From contig CAJJIY010000002.1 in the NCBI GenBank assembly GCA_905187695.1, forward strand, positions 46 through 64,045: a stretch of 64,000 nucleotides of DNA, in the 5' to 3' direction. This document shows, piece by piece, positions 19,304 to 32,071 of this stretch. The notes under the pieces are model-generated. The model did not search any database and had not been told where the DNA came from. It saw only the letters and a program-made list of their open reading frames with translations. Position 1 is the stretch's first letter; every line of letters starts with the position of its first letter. The position numbers and the translations under genes are program-made. Source of the DNA: an uncultured Eubacteriales bacterium (GTDB taxonomy: Bacteria; Bacillota; Clostridia; Oscillospirales; CAG-272).

Positions 19304-20369
19304 GGCTTTCATCTCCTTTTTCTTTAGGGCCCGGCGCATTCAAAAGATTTGAAATATTGTCGCCCAAATTGTCCAGTGTGGCCAATACCTTGGCATAGTC
19401 CATGCGAAGCGGGCCGATGACCCCGATGGCACCCACGGTGTGGCCGTTTTTCCTGACCGGTTTATAAACCAGCGTGGAATTGTTGATGACTTTCACGGTG
19501 CTGTCCGAGCCGATGACGACGCTGACATCGTCCCCCTCGCCCGGCGCCACCAGATCCAGAATTTCTTCTTTGTGTTCAAAAGCGGAAAGCAACTGCCCCA
19601 GATTGTCCGCGCCCGAAAGCTCCGGATATTGGAGCAACCGGTCCAGTCCGGTCACTTTCAGCCCGCCGCTGTCCAGTTCGGAGAGCACCTCATAGACCCG
19701 TTTGAGAACGGTGGAAGCAAGCGCCGAATCGCCCGCGAGACGGTTTTCAAGGAAGAGGATGAGCGGCATGGTGATTTCCTCGGCCGTTACGCCGGTGGCA
19801 CGCTCGTTGAGCGCCGCAGTGAGATCGGCAAGAAGAGCGGAAGTCACCGTGCTGTCGGTCAGGACATTGCGGGTCTTGACCGCGCCGTTGGAAAGCACCA
19901 GAATGAGGATGAAGCTGTGCGCATCGATGAGCGCCGTTTCAAAACGGTTGACCGACACCGAGTGCGCGCGGGTCTTGACTGCAAAACCGGTGTAGTTGGT
20001 CAGCGCCGAGGCCACCTGCGAGGCTTTATCCAGAATCTCTTCCAACTCCGAGACCTTGGTCTTCATCAGCTGGTTAATCTGTGTGATTTCCTTGGCGGTC
20101 ATGGCGTATTCTTCCAGGAGCGAATCCACATAAAAGCGATACCCCTGTTTGCTGGGAACGCGCCCGGCCGATGTGTGCGGCTGTTCGAGATAGCCCATAT
20201 TTTCAAGCTCCGCCATCTCATTGCGGATGGTAGCAGACGAGCAGCTCAACTGCTTACTTTCGGTGAGGTATTTGGAGCCGACCGGCTCCCCGCCCCGGAT
20301 GTGCTCTTCCACAATGGCTTTCAGAATCTGCTTTTTGCGGGCGCTGAGCCGGTTTTGTTCCTCTGCCAT
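19293..20369 (-). CDS. hrcA: Heat-inducible transcription repressor HrcA
   Basis: HrcA family N-terminus (LSxRKxxILKAIVEEHIxxGEPVGSKYL). GGAGG lies 8 nt before the ATG at 20369. A CIRCE operator lies immediately upstream. Confidence 0.95.
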   Translation of the reverse strand: MAEEQNRLSARKKQILKAIVEEHIRGGEPVGSKYLTESKQLSCSSATIRNEMAELENMGYLEQPHTSAGRVPSKQGYRFYVDSLLEEYAMTAKEITQINQLMKTKVSELEEILDKASQVASALTNYTGFAVKTRAHSVSVNRFETALIDAHSFILILVLSNGAVKTRNVLTDSTVTSALLADLTAALNERATGVTAEEITMPLILFLENRLAGDSALASTVLKRVYEVLSELDSGGLKVTGLDRLLQYPELSGADNLGQLLSAFEHKEEILDLVAPGEGDDVSVVIGSDSTVKVINNSTLVYKPVRKNGHTVGAIGVIGPLRMDYAKVLATLDNLGDNISNLLNAPGPKEKGDESHDG

Positions 20370-20389
20370 GCGAAGACCTCCTTTGAATT

Positions 20390-20416
20390 TTAGCACTTTC
20401 ATGCGTTGAGTGCTAA
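20390..20416 (-). promoter_or_regulatory. CIRCE operator (HrcA binding site)
   Basis: TTAGCACTT-N9-GAGTGCTAA, against the consensus TTAGCACTC-N9-GAGTGCTAA. Lies between the promoter and the hrcA RBS. Confidence 0.95.
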
Positions 20417-20427
20417 TTCATACTAAA

Positions 20428-20456
20428 AATATATCACTACTTTTCCCATTTGTCAA
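20428..20456 (-). promoter_or_regulatory. Sigma-A promoter of the hrcA-grpE-dnaK-dnaJ-prmA operon
   Basis: On the minus strand: TTGACA (20456-20451), 17-nt spacer, TATATT (20433-20428), directly upstream of CIRCE. Confidence 0.7.
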
Positions 20457-20509
20457 GGATTTTAGCAAATTTTTTTGAGATTTTTTTGTTTTTTATAAGA
20501 AGGAAATAA

Positions 20510-20541
20510 AAAAACGAAAAAAGAGCGCCGAAACCGGCGCC
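20510..20541 (-). terminator. Terminator after the THUMP methyltransferase gene
   Basis: On the minus strand: GCGCCG gttt CGGCGC, followed by TCTTTTTTCGTTTTTTT. Confidence 0.55.
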
Positions 20542-20559
20542 CTTTGTGGACCATTCATT

Positions 20560-21702
20560 TTATTTTTTGGAGAAACCACGCGCACCTTCCGGTTTATAAA
20601 ACTCGTAAAGCGTACAGGGGATCATGCCGTTATAAAGCCGTTTGGTGCGGTCGGCGCGGCGGCCGTAAAGCGCCTCGAAGTGCGGATGGGAGGTCAGCAG
20701 ATAGATCTGCCAGGGGGAAAGCGCACGGAAAGCCCGGCCTAGATCCCGGTAAAGCGCCTCGACCTCGCTTTCATTTGACATCCGCTCGCCATAGGGCGGA
20801 TTGCAAATGACCGTGCCGCGGCGGTCGGGAGCGGGTTTCTTGATTTGCCGCGCATCGGCACGAAAGAACCGGACGGTATCCGCCACGCGTGCGCGGGCGG
20901 CGTTTTCGGCGGCCAGTTTCAGCACGGCGGGATCGATATCCGAGCCGAGAATTTCAAATTTTTCATGATTTTCAAGGCTTTTGGCCTCTTCCTCGGCACG
21001 CGCGAAAATGCCGGCCGGCAGAAAATCAAAATCCATGGCGGCAAAGCGACGGGAAAGTCCGGGCGCGATCCGGCGCTTTTGGAGAGCGGCTTCAATCACG
21101 ATGGTGCCCGAACCGCAGAAGGGATCCCACAACAGATCGTCCGGGCGCAACCGGGCCGTGAGCGCAAGCGAAGCGGCCAGCGTTTCCCGGAGCGGCGCGA
21201 TGCCGGCCGCCGGGCGATAGCCCCTTTTGTGGAGCGTCTGACCGGTGGTATCCAGCATCAGCGTGGCTTCATCTTTAAAAAGAAAAAATTCAAGCTGATA
21301 AAGCGTGCCGTCCTCCGGAAGGGTTCTGACTCCGTGACCGGCCATCAGGCGATTGGCCGCGGCTTTTTTGATGATGCGCTGGCAATCCGGCACCGAAAAG
21401 AGCCGGCTCCGGATGGCGTGCCCTTTGACCGGGAACGCGTCCGAAGGGCCGATATAATCCTCCAGCGGCAGGGCACGCACGCCGTCAAAGAGTTCGGTAA
21501 AGCTCTCGGCGTGAAAACTGCCCAGCCGGATGAAAACCCGCTCGGCCAAACGGAGAAAGACATTGGCGCGCGCCACATCGGCGGGCTTACCCTCAAAAGC
21601 CACGCGGCCGTCCATGGTGAAAAGACGGCGGCAACCCAGCGCGTCGATCTCCTCTCCGAGCTGTTTTTCCAGCCCGAAAAGGCAGGTGGCAATCAGTTCC
21701 AT
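20560..21702 (-). CDS. THUMP-domain class I SAM-dependent RNA methyltransferase (RlmL/YpsC-like)
   Basis: N-terminal THUMP-like region, SAM motif DPFCGSGTIVIEAA, catalytic NPPYG. Confidence 0.85.
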   Translation of the reverse strand: MELIATCLFGLEKQLGEEIDALGCRRLFTMDGRVAFEGKPADVARANVFLRLAERVFIRLGSFHAESFTELFDGVRALPLEDYIGPSDAFPVKGHAIRSRLFSVPDCQRIIKKAAANRLMAGHGVRTLPEDGTLYQLEFFLFKDEATLMLDTTGQTLHKRGYRPAAGIAPLRETLAASLALTARLRPDDLLWDPFCGSGTIVIEAALQKRRIAPGLSRRFAAMDFDFLPAGIFARAEEEAKSLENHEKFEILGSDIDPAVLKLAAENAARARVADTVRFFRADARQIKKPAPDRRGTVICNPPYGERMSNESEVEALYRDLGRAFRALSPWQIYLLTSHPHFEALYGRRADRTKRLYNGMIPCTLYEFYKPEGARGFSKK

Positions 21703-21703
21703 C

Positions 21704-24535
<2,832 letters not shown>

Positions 24536-24536
24536 G

Positions 24537-26504
24537 TTACTCCTCTTTTTTCAGCGCGCGGATCTCATCCCGCAAAAATGCCGCCTGTTCAAATTCCAGC
24601 CGGGCGCTGGCGGCCTTCATTTCGGCCGTAAGGCGCTCGATCTTCGCGCGGCGCTCGGCCGCGGTCAGCTTCTTCCCGCGCTTTTCTTCCTTTTCGGCGC
24701 TCCGGCCGATCTCAATGAGGTCCCGCACCTCTTTTTTCACGGTCTGCGGCACGATGCCGTGTACCTTGTTGTATTCTTCCTGGATCCTGCGCCGGCGGGC
24801 CGTCTCGCGCATGGCGCGCTCCATGGCGCCGGTGACGGTATCGGCATAAAGAATCACGCGGCTGTCGGCGTTTCGGGCCGCGCGGCCGATGGTCTGCACC
24901 AGGGAGGTCTCGGTGCGCAGAAAGCCCTCTTTATCGGCGTCCAGAATGGCCACCAGTGACACTTCCGGCAGATCCAGCCCCTCCCGGAGCAGGTTTACGC
25001 CAACTAGTACATCAAATTTTCCCAGGCGCAGATCGCGGATGATCTCGGTCCGCTCCATGGTCTCAACATTGAAATGGATATAGCGAACGGCCACACCGTT
25101 TTCGGCAAAATAGGAGGTCAGATCCTCGGCCATCTGTTTGGTGAGGGTGGTGACCAGTACGCGCTCGTTTTTCGCGGCGCGCGCCCGGATCTCGCCCAAG
25201 AGGTCGTCCACCTGCCCCTTGATGGGGCGCACTTCCACCACCGGATCCAAAAGGCCGGTAGGACGGATGAGCTGTTCCACCACCTGCTCGGCGTGGTCGT
25301 TTTCATAGGCGGCGGGTGTGGCACTGACAAACACCGTCTGCCCCATGCGTTCTTCAAATTCCCCGAAATACAGCGGGCGGTTGTCATAGGCAGAGGGGAG
25401 GCGGAACCCGTAATCCACCAGATTTTTTTTGCGGGCAGTGTCGCCGCCGCTCATGCCCCGCACCTGCGGGATGGTGATGTGCGATTCGTCAATGAAAAGC
25501 AGATAATCCCGCGGGAAAAAGTCCAGCAGGGTGTAGGGGGTGGAACCGGCCGGACGGCCGGAAAGCACGCGGGAATAGTTTTCGATACCGGAGCAGTACC
25601 CCACCTCCCGAAGCATCTCAAGATCGTATTTCGTGCGCTCCTCGATGCGCTGTGCTTCCAGCAGTTTGCCCTCGCTTTTGAAATATTCCACACGGGACAG
25701 CATTTCCGCGCCGATCTCGGCAAGCGCCTTTTCCCGCTTTTTGTCCGATACGGCATAATGCGTGGCCGGAAAGACCCCGAAATAGCGCAGTTCGCGGATC
25801 ACCTCTCCGCTGACGGCGCGGAACTCCACCACACGGTCGATTTCGTCCCCGAAGAATTCCACCCGCACCGCCGTATCGGAAAACCCGGCGGGATAGATAT
25901 CCACCGTGTCGCCCCGCACGCGGAACTTGTCCCGCACAAAGTTGAGATCGCTGCGTTCGTACTGGATGGAAACCAGCCGCCGCTGTAATTCTTCCCGGCT
26001 CATGGCCATGCCCGGGCGGAGCGAAATCATCAGATCCCGGTATTCGTGCGGATCGCCCAGCGAATAGATGCAGGAAACGCTGGCCACGATGATGACATCC
26101 CGGCGCTCGAAGAGCGCGCTGGTGGCGCTGTGGCGCAGGCGGTCGATCTCATCATTGATGGAAGCGTCCTTTTCGATATACATATCGCGGCCGGGAATGT
26201 AGGCTTCCGGCTGATAATAATCGTAGTAAGAGACGAAAAACTCCACGGCGGCGTCCGGAAAAAACGCGCGCATCTCGGAGCAAAGCTGTGCCGCCAGGGT
26301 TTTGTTGGGTTCCAGAATCAGCGCGGGACGCCCGCACGCGGCAATGACATTGGCCATGGTAAAAGTCTTGCCGGAACCCGTCACGCCCAACAGCGTCTGC
26401 GCCCGCATACCGGCCCGGATGCCCTCGGTCAGCGCCGCGATAGCCACCGGCTGATCGCCGGTGGGAGAAAAGGGACTGACCAGATGATAGATGCTCTCGT
26501 TCAT
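24537..26504 (-). CDS. uvrB: Excinuclease ABC subunit UvrB
   Basis: GVTGSGKTF Walker A, DESH box, C-terminal UVR motif ([15 protein letters not shown]). Confidence 0.98.
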   Translation of the reverse strand: MNESIYHLVSPFSPTGDQPVAIAALTEGIRAGMRAQTLLGVTGSGKTFTMANVIAACGRPALILEPNKTLAAQLCSEMRAFFPDAAVEFFVSYYDYYQPEAYIPGRDMYIEKDASINDEIDRLRHSATSALFERRDVIIVASVSCIYSLGDPHEYRDLMISLRPGMAMSREELQRRLVSIQYERSDLNFVRDKFRVRGDTVDIYPAGFSDTAVRVEFFGDEIDRVVEFRAVSGEVIRELRYFGVFPATHYAVSDKKREKALAEIGAEMLSRVEYFKSEGKLLEAQRIEERTKYDLEMLREVGYCSGIENYSRVLSGRPAGSTPYTLLDFFPRDYLLFIDESHITIPQVRGMSGGDTARKKNLVDYGFRLPSAYDNRPLYFGEFEERMGQTVFVSATPAAYENDHAEQVVEQLIRPTGLLDPVVEVRPIKGQVDDLLGEIRARAAKNERVLVTTLTKQMAEDLTSYFAENGVAVRYIHFNVETMERTEIIRDLRLGKFDVLVGVNLLREGLDLPEVSLVAILDADKEGFLRTETSLVQTIGRAARNADSRVILYADTVTGAMERAMRETARRRRIQEEYNKVHGIVPQTVKKEVRDLIEIGRSAEKEEKRGKKLTAAERRAKIERLTAEMKAASARLEFEQAAFLRDEIRALKKEE

Positions 26505-26528
26505 AATTCCTCCTTGGGAAAACGCGGA

Positions 26529-26584
26529 AAATCCGGCGGATACCGCCGGATTTCAACAAAAAGCAAGACCTTTTCCGGTCTTTC
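26529..26584 (-). terminator. Two tandem hairpins downstream of the 26590 membrane-protein gene
   Basis: On the minus strand: AAGACC-ggaaaa-GGTCTT + GCTTTTTG (26584-26567), then AAATCCGGCGG-tat-CCGCCGGATTT (26553-26529). Confidence 0.55.
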
Positions 26585-26589
26585 CCTCT

Positions 26590-27180
26590 TTACGGTTCCT
26601 TTTTCCCCGAATTTCGGCCATTCCCCTTGACATCCTTGTTCTTAGGGATTAAAATATTGGTGGCATGCAGATCGTAACTGCCCAGAATGTAGGCCACCGA
26701 AGAAACCAACAAAGCCGGCAGAATGATGAGAAAATAGGAAAACGCATAGGCGTTGAGGGAAAGGCCGCGAAGCGGGATGGCCAGAAGGCCGGTATACATC
26801 CCCTCGATGAGCAGTGCGATCACCGAAAAGACCGAACTGAACCCCTGGGCGCCGGTGAAAAACGCGCCGGGCAGAATGAGCAACGCCAACAGAATGTTGA
26901 GCGCGTTGGCCGAAAGCGAGATCAGCAACCCGCGCCAGAGTCTGCGGCTTTCTCCGCGCGCCTTGGCCGAAATGCCGTCCTTGGCACCGGTCTCCCACAT
27001 GGCGGCGTACAAAAGAAACAGATAAAAAAGCACCGCGCCCGCGCTGGAAAGGCGCTGAAGCGTGAGATTGCCCGCCCGGCCGCAGGCAAAGGCCAGCGCG
27101 ATGCCGAACAGCGCAATGGCAAACTGATTCAGGAAAAGCCGCCCGATGACCGAAGCGTAGCGTGTGAAAAATGCTTTCAT
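26590..27180 (-). CDS. Hypothetical integral membrane protein (about 5 TM)
   Basis: Start set to the ATG at 27180 (MKAFFTRY), preceded by AAAGGAGAAAGAT. Multiple hydrophobic helices; no family recognised. Confidence 0.65.
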   Translation of the reverse strand: MKAFFTRYASVIGRLFLNQFAIALFGIALAFACGRAGNLTLQRLSSAGAVLFYLFLLYAAMWETGAKDGISAKARGESRRLWRGLLISLSANALNILLALLILPGAFFTGAQGFSSVFSVIALLIEGMYTGLLAIPLRGLSLNAYAFSYFLIILPALLVSSVAYILGSYDLHATNILIPKNKDVKGNGRNSGKKEP

Positions 27181-27300
27181 ATCTTTCTCCTTTATTTTTG
27201 GTAGCAAGCTTATTATACAGTTTATTTTTATAATTTGCAACACCGGGGCGCATTTTTTTCATTTTGTTTGCAGATTCATCACAACCGCGGAGGTTTATCC

Positions 27301-28323
27301 ATGAAAAACACCTATGCTGTCCCGCTTTCCGAAATGCCGGCGGCCGTGGCGGAGTTTGCCGCCTACAAATCGGGCATTCAGAACTGCTCGCCCAAAACGG
27401 TCTCGGAATACCTGCTTGACCTGCGCACTTTTTTCCGTTATATCGTGGCCACGCGCGAAGGGATCGACCCGGACAGCGAAGCTTTTTCGCAGATTGACAT
27501 CAGTTCCCTTTCGCTGGATTTCATCGGCTCGGTAAAAACCTCCGAGATCTACGCTTTTTTTCAATATACCGGCACGGTCCGCAAAAATCTGTGGGCGGCA
27601 AAGGCCCGGAAACTGGTTTCGATCCGGATGCTTTACCGCTATCTGGTGACCAAAGCCGGCAAACTGCAGACCAACCCCGCCGCCGATATTGAGTCGCCCC
27701 GCCGCCGGCAAAGTCTGCCCAAATTTCTTTCGCTGGAAGAATCGCGCCTGCTTCTTGCCACGGTGGAAAAAGACGCCGCCTCCCGTCACCGGGTGCGCGA
27801 CTATGCCATGATTACGCTGTTTTTGAACTGCGGGATGCGGGTTTCGGAACTGTGCGGCATCAATCTCTCGGATATCAACCGGGAAATGAAATCGCTCCGG
27901 GTGACGGGAAAAGGCGCAAAAGAACGGATCATTTATCTGAACGAGGCCTGCCGCGCCGCGCTTTCCGACTATCTTCGGGAACGAAACGCCATTGAAAACA
28001 GCCGCACGGTAGACAGCCGTGCACTCTTTCTGAGCGGTCAGAACCGCCGCATCAGCGTCAAAACCGTGCAATGGACGGTCTACAAGTATCTGGACGAGGC
28101 CGGTCTTGGTGACCGCCACCTTTCGGTGCACAAACTCCGTCACACCGCCGCCACGCTGATGTATCAGTCCGGACAGGTAGATGTGCGGGTGCTTAAGGAT
28201 ATTCTGGGGCACGAACAACTCAACACCACGCAAATTTACACCCATGTCAGCAACAAAGACATGGAGGAAGCCATGGAAAAGAACCCTCTTTCGGGGACAA
28301 ACAGAAAGGAACACCATGATTAG
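27301..28323 (+). CDS. Tyrosine site-specific recombinase (XerC/XerD-like)
   Basis: Catalytic signature: R in GMRVSEL, HKLRHTAAT, LGHEQLNTTQIYTHV. GGAGG RBS before the ATG at 27301. Confidence 0.85.
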   Translation: MKNTYAVPLSEMPAAVAEFAAYKSGIQNCSPKTVSEYLLDLRTFFRYIVATREGIDPDSEAFSQIDISSLSLDFIGSVKTSEIYAFFQYTGTVRKNLWAAKARKLVSIRMLYRYLVTKAGKLQTNPAADIESPRRRQSLPKFLSLEESRLLLATVEKDAASRHRVRDYAMITLFLNCGMRVSELCGINLSDINREMKSLRVTGKGAKERIIYLNEACRAALSDYLRERNAIENSRTVDSRALFLSGQNRRISVKTVQWTVYKYLDEAGLGDRHLSVHKLRHTAATLMYQSGQVDVRVLKDILGHEQLNTTQIYTHVSNKDMEEAMEKNPLSGTNRKEHHD

Positions 28324-29035
28324 AGTCATTCTCTTTGATTTTGACCACACGCTCTACGACCGCCGCGCGGTTTACCACAACATGATCGGCGTGTACCGGG
28401 AACATTTCGGCGACGAGCTCCCGGAAAATCTCTCGGACGCGGAACTGGCCGACGCGCTGGCCGACGCGGACCTGGACGCTATTTACCCGGATGGTTCATG
28501 GGATGAGATCCTGGATCTTTCCACGGCGCGGGGGATTTTCCGTCACCGCCCCGAAACAAAGCCCTATTATGACTTTATCCGGCCGCATTTCCCGGCCGCC
28601 ATCCGGTTGCAGGACGATATTCTCCCCACGCTCCGGACGCTCCGCGAACGGGGCTACCGACTGGGCGTGCTGACAAACGGATTTACGGACTATCAGTACG
28701 CCAAACTGAACGCGACCCCCATTCCGGCCTATATGGATATCATCCGCGTGTCGCGGGAATTCGGGGACAGCAAACCCAGCCCCCGGCCCTTCCTTGGAAT
28801 GTGCAGACTTTTTGACTGTCCGGCCGAAGAAATGGTCTATGTCGGGGACAGCCCCGTCAACGATGTGTGCGGCGCACGCGGCGCCGGTCTTATCCCGGTG
28901 TGGCTCCGGAACCGTCCCGTTTTTGCCCCGTATGCCGCACCGGCGCCCTATACCATTGACCGCATGGGAGAATTGCCTGCCGTCATAGAGCAGATCGAAC
29001 GGGATCTTGCCGGAAAAGCCGCCGAACGGGAGTGA
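28316..29035 (+). CDS. HAD-superfamily hydrolase
   Basis: DxDxT motif (LFDFDHTLY) and a late GDSxxND motif (VGDSPVNDV). The ATG overlaps the recombinase stop. Confidence 0.8.
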   Translation: MIRVILFDFDHTLYDRRAVYHNMIGVYREHFGDELPENLSDAELADALADADLDAIYPDGSWDEILDLSTARGIFRHRPETKPYYDFIRPHFPAAIRLQDDILPTLRTLRERGYRLGVLTNGFTDYQYAKLNATPIPAYMDIIRVSREFGDSKPSPRPFLGMCRLFDCPAEEMVYVGDSPVNDVCGARGAGLIPVWLRNRPVFAPYAAPAPYTIDRMGELPAVIEQIERDLAGKAAERE

Positions 29036-29041
29036 AAACAG

Positions 29042-30544
29042 ATGCAAAATCTAAAAAAAAGACGGGACGGCTTTTTTCTCGGTATTGACGAAGGAACAAC
29101 CGGCACCACAGCCATTCTTTTTGATTGGAATTTTCACCCGGCGGGAAAGGGTTATTGCGAAGTGACGCAATATCACCCCGGCCCCGGCCGCTCGGAACAT
29201 GACCCGGAGGAACTTTTTGCAGCGCTCCTTGAAGCGGTCGGCACGGCCATGAAAGAGGCCGGCGCAAAGCCGGCGGACATTCTGTCGGTCGGTTTGGATC
29301 ACGAGGGGGAAAGCGCCCTGCTTTTTGAAGCCGGGAGCGGACGGGCGCTGGGACGCTCGTTGGTCTGGCAGGACCGCCGCACCGAAGCAAGAGCGGCCGC
29401 GCTCCGGGGGACGCACGGTCCGCTTTTCCGGGAACGCACCGGGCTTTGTCCGGACAGCTATTTCAGCGCCACCAAAATGGCGTGGCTTCTTGAAAACACG
29501 CCGAGGGCGGCAGAGCTCTCGCGCCGGGGACTGTTGCTGTGCGGCAACATGGACGCCTATCTTCTTTACCGGCTCACCGGCGGAAAGTCTTTCTTCACGG
29601 ACCCTTCCACGGCTTCCAGAACTCTGCTTTACAATCTGAAGACCAAGGCTTTTGATCCGGAACTTTGCGCCGTTTCCGGCGTGACCGGTGTGAAACTGCC
29701 GGGAATTTTGGACAGCGCCGCCCGTTTCGGCATGACCGACCCGGCTGTTTTTCTCGGCATCCGCGCGCCGGTCGGCGGGCTTCTTTGCGACCAGCAGGCC
29801 GCGCTTTTCGGTCAGGGCTGTCTCTGGCCGGGCGATCTGAAAATGACCTTCGGCACCGGCGCGTTTTTGCTGATGAACACCGGAGAACAGCCGGTTTTCT
29901 CAAAAGAGGGACTGATTACCACCGTGGCCTATCAGCTGGCGGGGCGCACGACCTACGCGTTGGACGGCGGCATTTATACGGCCGGATCGGCCATGACTTT
30001 TCTGCGGGACAATTTTGCTTTTCTTACTTCCCCACGGGAGGCAGGAACCGTGGCGGCCTCGGCCGCGCCCAACGGCAATCTCTTTTTTGTCCCGGCCTTT
30101 ACCGGCCTTGGCGCACCCTGGCAGGATCCAGACGCCCGCGGAATGATCATCGGAATAGACGGCTCGACCACCAAAGCGCAGATTGTCCGCGCGGCAGAGG
30201 AAGCCATTGCCTTTCAGACCGCCGACCTCACGGCGGCCATGTCACGCGCGGCAAATCAACCGATCCTGCGCCTGCGATGTGACGGCGGCGCGGCGGGAGA
30301 CGCCTTTCTTATGCAGTGCACAGCCGACTTTACAGGCATACCGGTAGAAGTGCCCGCCATGCGGGAAGCCACGGTGCTGGGTGCGGCGCGCATGGGCGCC
30401 ATCGGCGCGGGATGGGCAGATCCAAAGGAAAAAATTCATCTTGGCGCAATCCGCCGCTTTGAACCGCAACTTTCCGAAGAAGAACGCAAAGCGCGCCTTG
30501 CCGGCTGGCACCGCGCCGTGGCACGCGCCGGTCACTGGGCCTGA
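29042..30544 (+). CDS. FGGY-family carbohydrate kinase, glycerol kinase-like
   Basis: GIDEGTTGTTA (GlpK-type phosphate-1 motif), VWQDRRT, 500 aa. Confidence 0.8.
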   Translation: MQNLKKRRDGFFLGIDEGTTGTTAILFDWNFHPAGKGYCEVTQYHPGPGRSEHDPEELFAALLEAVGTAMKEAGAKPADILSVGLDHEGESALLFEAGSGRALGRSLVWQDRRTEARAAALRGTHGPLFRERTGLCPDSYFSATKMAWLLENTPRAAELSRRGLLLCGNMDAYLLYRLTGGKSFFTDPSTASRTLLYNLKTKAFDPELCAVSGVTGVKLPGILDSAARFGMTDPAVFLGIRAPVGGLLCDQQAALFGQGCLWPGDLKMTFGTGAFLLMNTGEQPVFSKEGLITTVAYQLAGRTTYALDGGIYTAGSAMTFLRDNFAFLTSPREAGTVAASAAPNGNLFFVPAFTGLGAPWQDPDARGMIIGIDGSTTKAQIVRAAEEAIAFQTADLTAAMSRAANQPILRLRCDGGAAGDAFLMQCTADFTGIPVEVPAMREATVLGAARMGAIGAGWADPKEKIHLGAIRRFEPQLSEEERKARLAGWHRAVARAGHWA

Positions 30545-30642
30545 TAGCGCAGTGCCCTTCGCCCGGGCGTTCCGGCCAAAGCACCGTGGGTTTTCCGTTT
30601 TTTCGCCCAAAATACCCCCAAACGGGATGAGTTTTCAAGCAA

Positions 30643-30683
30643 AGAGAAGAGGAACCTTTAAGGTTCCTCTTCTCTTTGTTTTT
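30643..30683. terminator. Strong terminator between the convergent kinase and DeoR genes
   Basis: 14-bp perfect stem AGAGAAGAGGAACC (30643-30656) / GGTTCCTCTTCTCT (30662-30675), followed by TTGTTTTT. Confidence 0.85.
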
Positions 30684-30704
30684 GCTTGCGGAAACCGCTT
30701 TTCT

Positions 30705-31472
30705 TTACCCGTTTGCCGGGTAAATTTCTTTTATCTCGCCGCGTCCGAAAGAACGGATCGTTTCCTCATCCGCTTCCCGCTCGCAGACAACCTCTTCCAC
30801 CATGGAAAGCGGGCAAAGGACAAACGGGCGCGACACGCCGATTTTGGACGAATCGCAAAGAAACACCCGCCGGCGCGCCCGCGTCAGCATCACCCGGCGA
30901 AGCGCGGTTTCTCCTTCGGAGATATCATTGATTTCTCCGTCCGTGGAAAGTCCCTGACTGGAAAAAAAGAAAAGATCGGCACGGATCCCCCGCAGGGCTT
31001 CCTCGGCCGCCGGGCCGCCGAAATTATGATTTTCGCGCGAAAACCGCCCGCCGATGGCATAAAGTTCGGCGCCCGGCGGACAGGGTTCCTCAAAAATTTT
31101 CAGATTATTGGTGAAAATCCGCAATTCCCTCTTTTCGGAAAGATGGCGCATCATACGCCGGACGGTGGAGGAAGAATCCACCAGGAGCGTATCCCCGTCC
31201 CGCACCAGCGCGGCCGCTTTTCTGGCGATCGCGTCTTTTTGCGCGCTGTGGTCATCGTCCCGCAGATCAATCGGAACCACGGAGTGAAGATAGCGCGTCA
31301 GCGTCACGGCACCGTAAAGATGTGTGACCAATCCGCGCTCCGAAAGCGCCCGGATATCCCGGCGCACGGAAGCCTCACTGAAAAAAAGCGTTTGAGAGAT
31401 CTCCCGAACGGTCACGGACGGGCGCTGGCGCAGCATGGCCAAAATTTTCTGCTGTCTTTCCAGTTGGCTCAT
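30705..31472 (-). CDS. DeoR/GlpR-family transcriptional regulator
   Basis: N-terminal DeoR HTH (RQQKILAMLRQRPSVTVREISQTLFFSEASVRRDIRALSERG) plus a sugar-phosphate binding C-domain. ATG at 31472 after GGAAGGAGAAAAC. Confidence 0.88.
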   Translation of the reverse strand: MSQLERQQKILAMLRQRPSVTVREISQTLFFSEASVRRDIRALSERGLVTHLYGAVTLTRYLHSVVPIDLRDDDHSAQKDAIARKAAALVRDGDTLLVDSSSTVRRMMRHLSEKRELRIFTNNLKIFEEPCPPGAELYAIGGRFSRENHNFGGPAAEEALRGIRADLFFFSSQGLSTDGEINDISEGETALRRVMLTRARRRVFLCDSSKIGVSRPFVLCPLSMVEEVVCEREADEETIRSFGRGEIKEIYPANG

Positions 31473-32071
31473 GTTTTCTCCTTCCTTTTTGCTTTTGAAG
31501 CCGGCTTTTTGAAAAGCATAACACATTTCCGGCCCATATGCAAGGGCTTTTTGAAATTCTTTGATTGAAAATGATTTTTTATGACAATTAAAGCGGTTAA
31601 AAATGCGAAATTATCTATCTATCTGAAAGGAATTGACAGTTCTTCTGTCAGATGCTATAATATTTTTGATTCTGAAAACAAGATTCGCACCGCGGTGCGG
31701 AAAAGGAGGGCCGATGAAATTACCCTATCAGAACACCATTCCGGTGGCCGGTTGCGGATTCATGCCTATTCCCCGCAGGAAAAAATGGGACCGCGCCAAA
31801 AGCGCTTTGTTTACACCTATGCCTATTGCGTCTGTATGTTCGGCACGCCCGGCCAACGGGTCTGGCTGGCCAAATATTTCGATCTGGCGAAAAGCTACGG
31901 CGTGGAACCTTTCCGGTAGAAGACCCGGCGCTCATTGACGCGGCTCTGGCGGCTGGCACCCGGCTTTTCACCATCAACGATCCTGCATGGCTGATGGCCT
32001 ATCTCAGGCAAAAAGGGCTTCACCAATAAGCGCCTTTTAAAATTATATTGCGAAAACAAGGAGAAAAAATC

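Noticed and set aside
27301-28323. Tyrosine recombinase as a marker of an integrated element
   Set aside because: The flanking genes (uvr operon side, HAD/glycerol cluster) have host-like composition. No flanking direct repeats or phage/conjugation genes were seen. It is more likely a chromosomal Xer-type recombinase.
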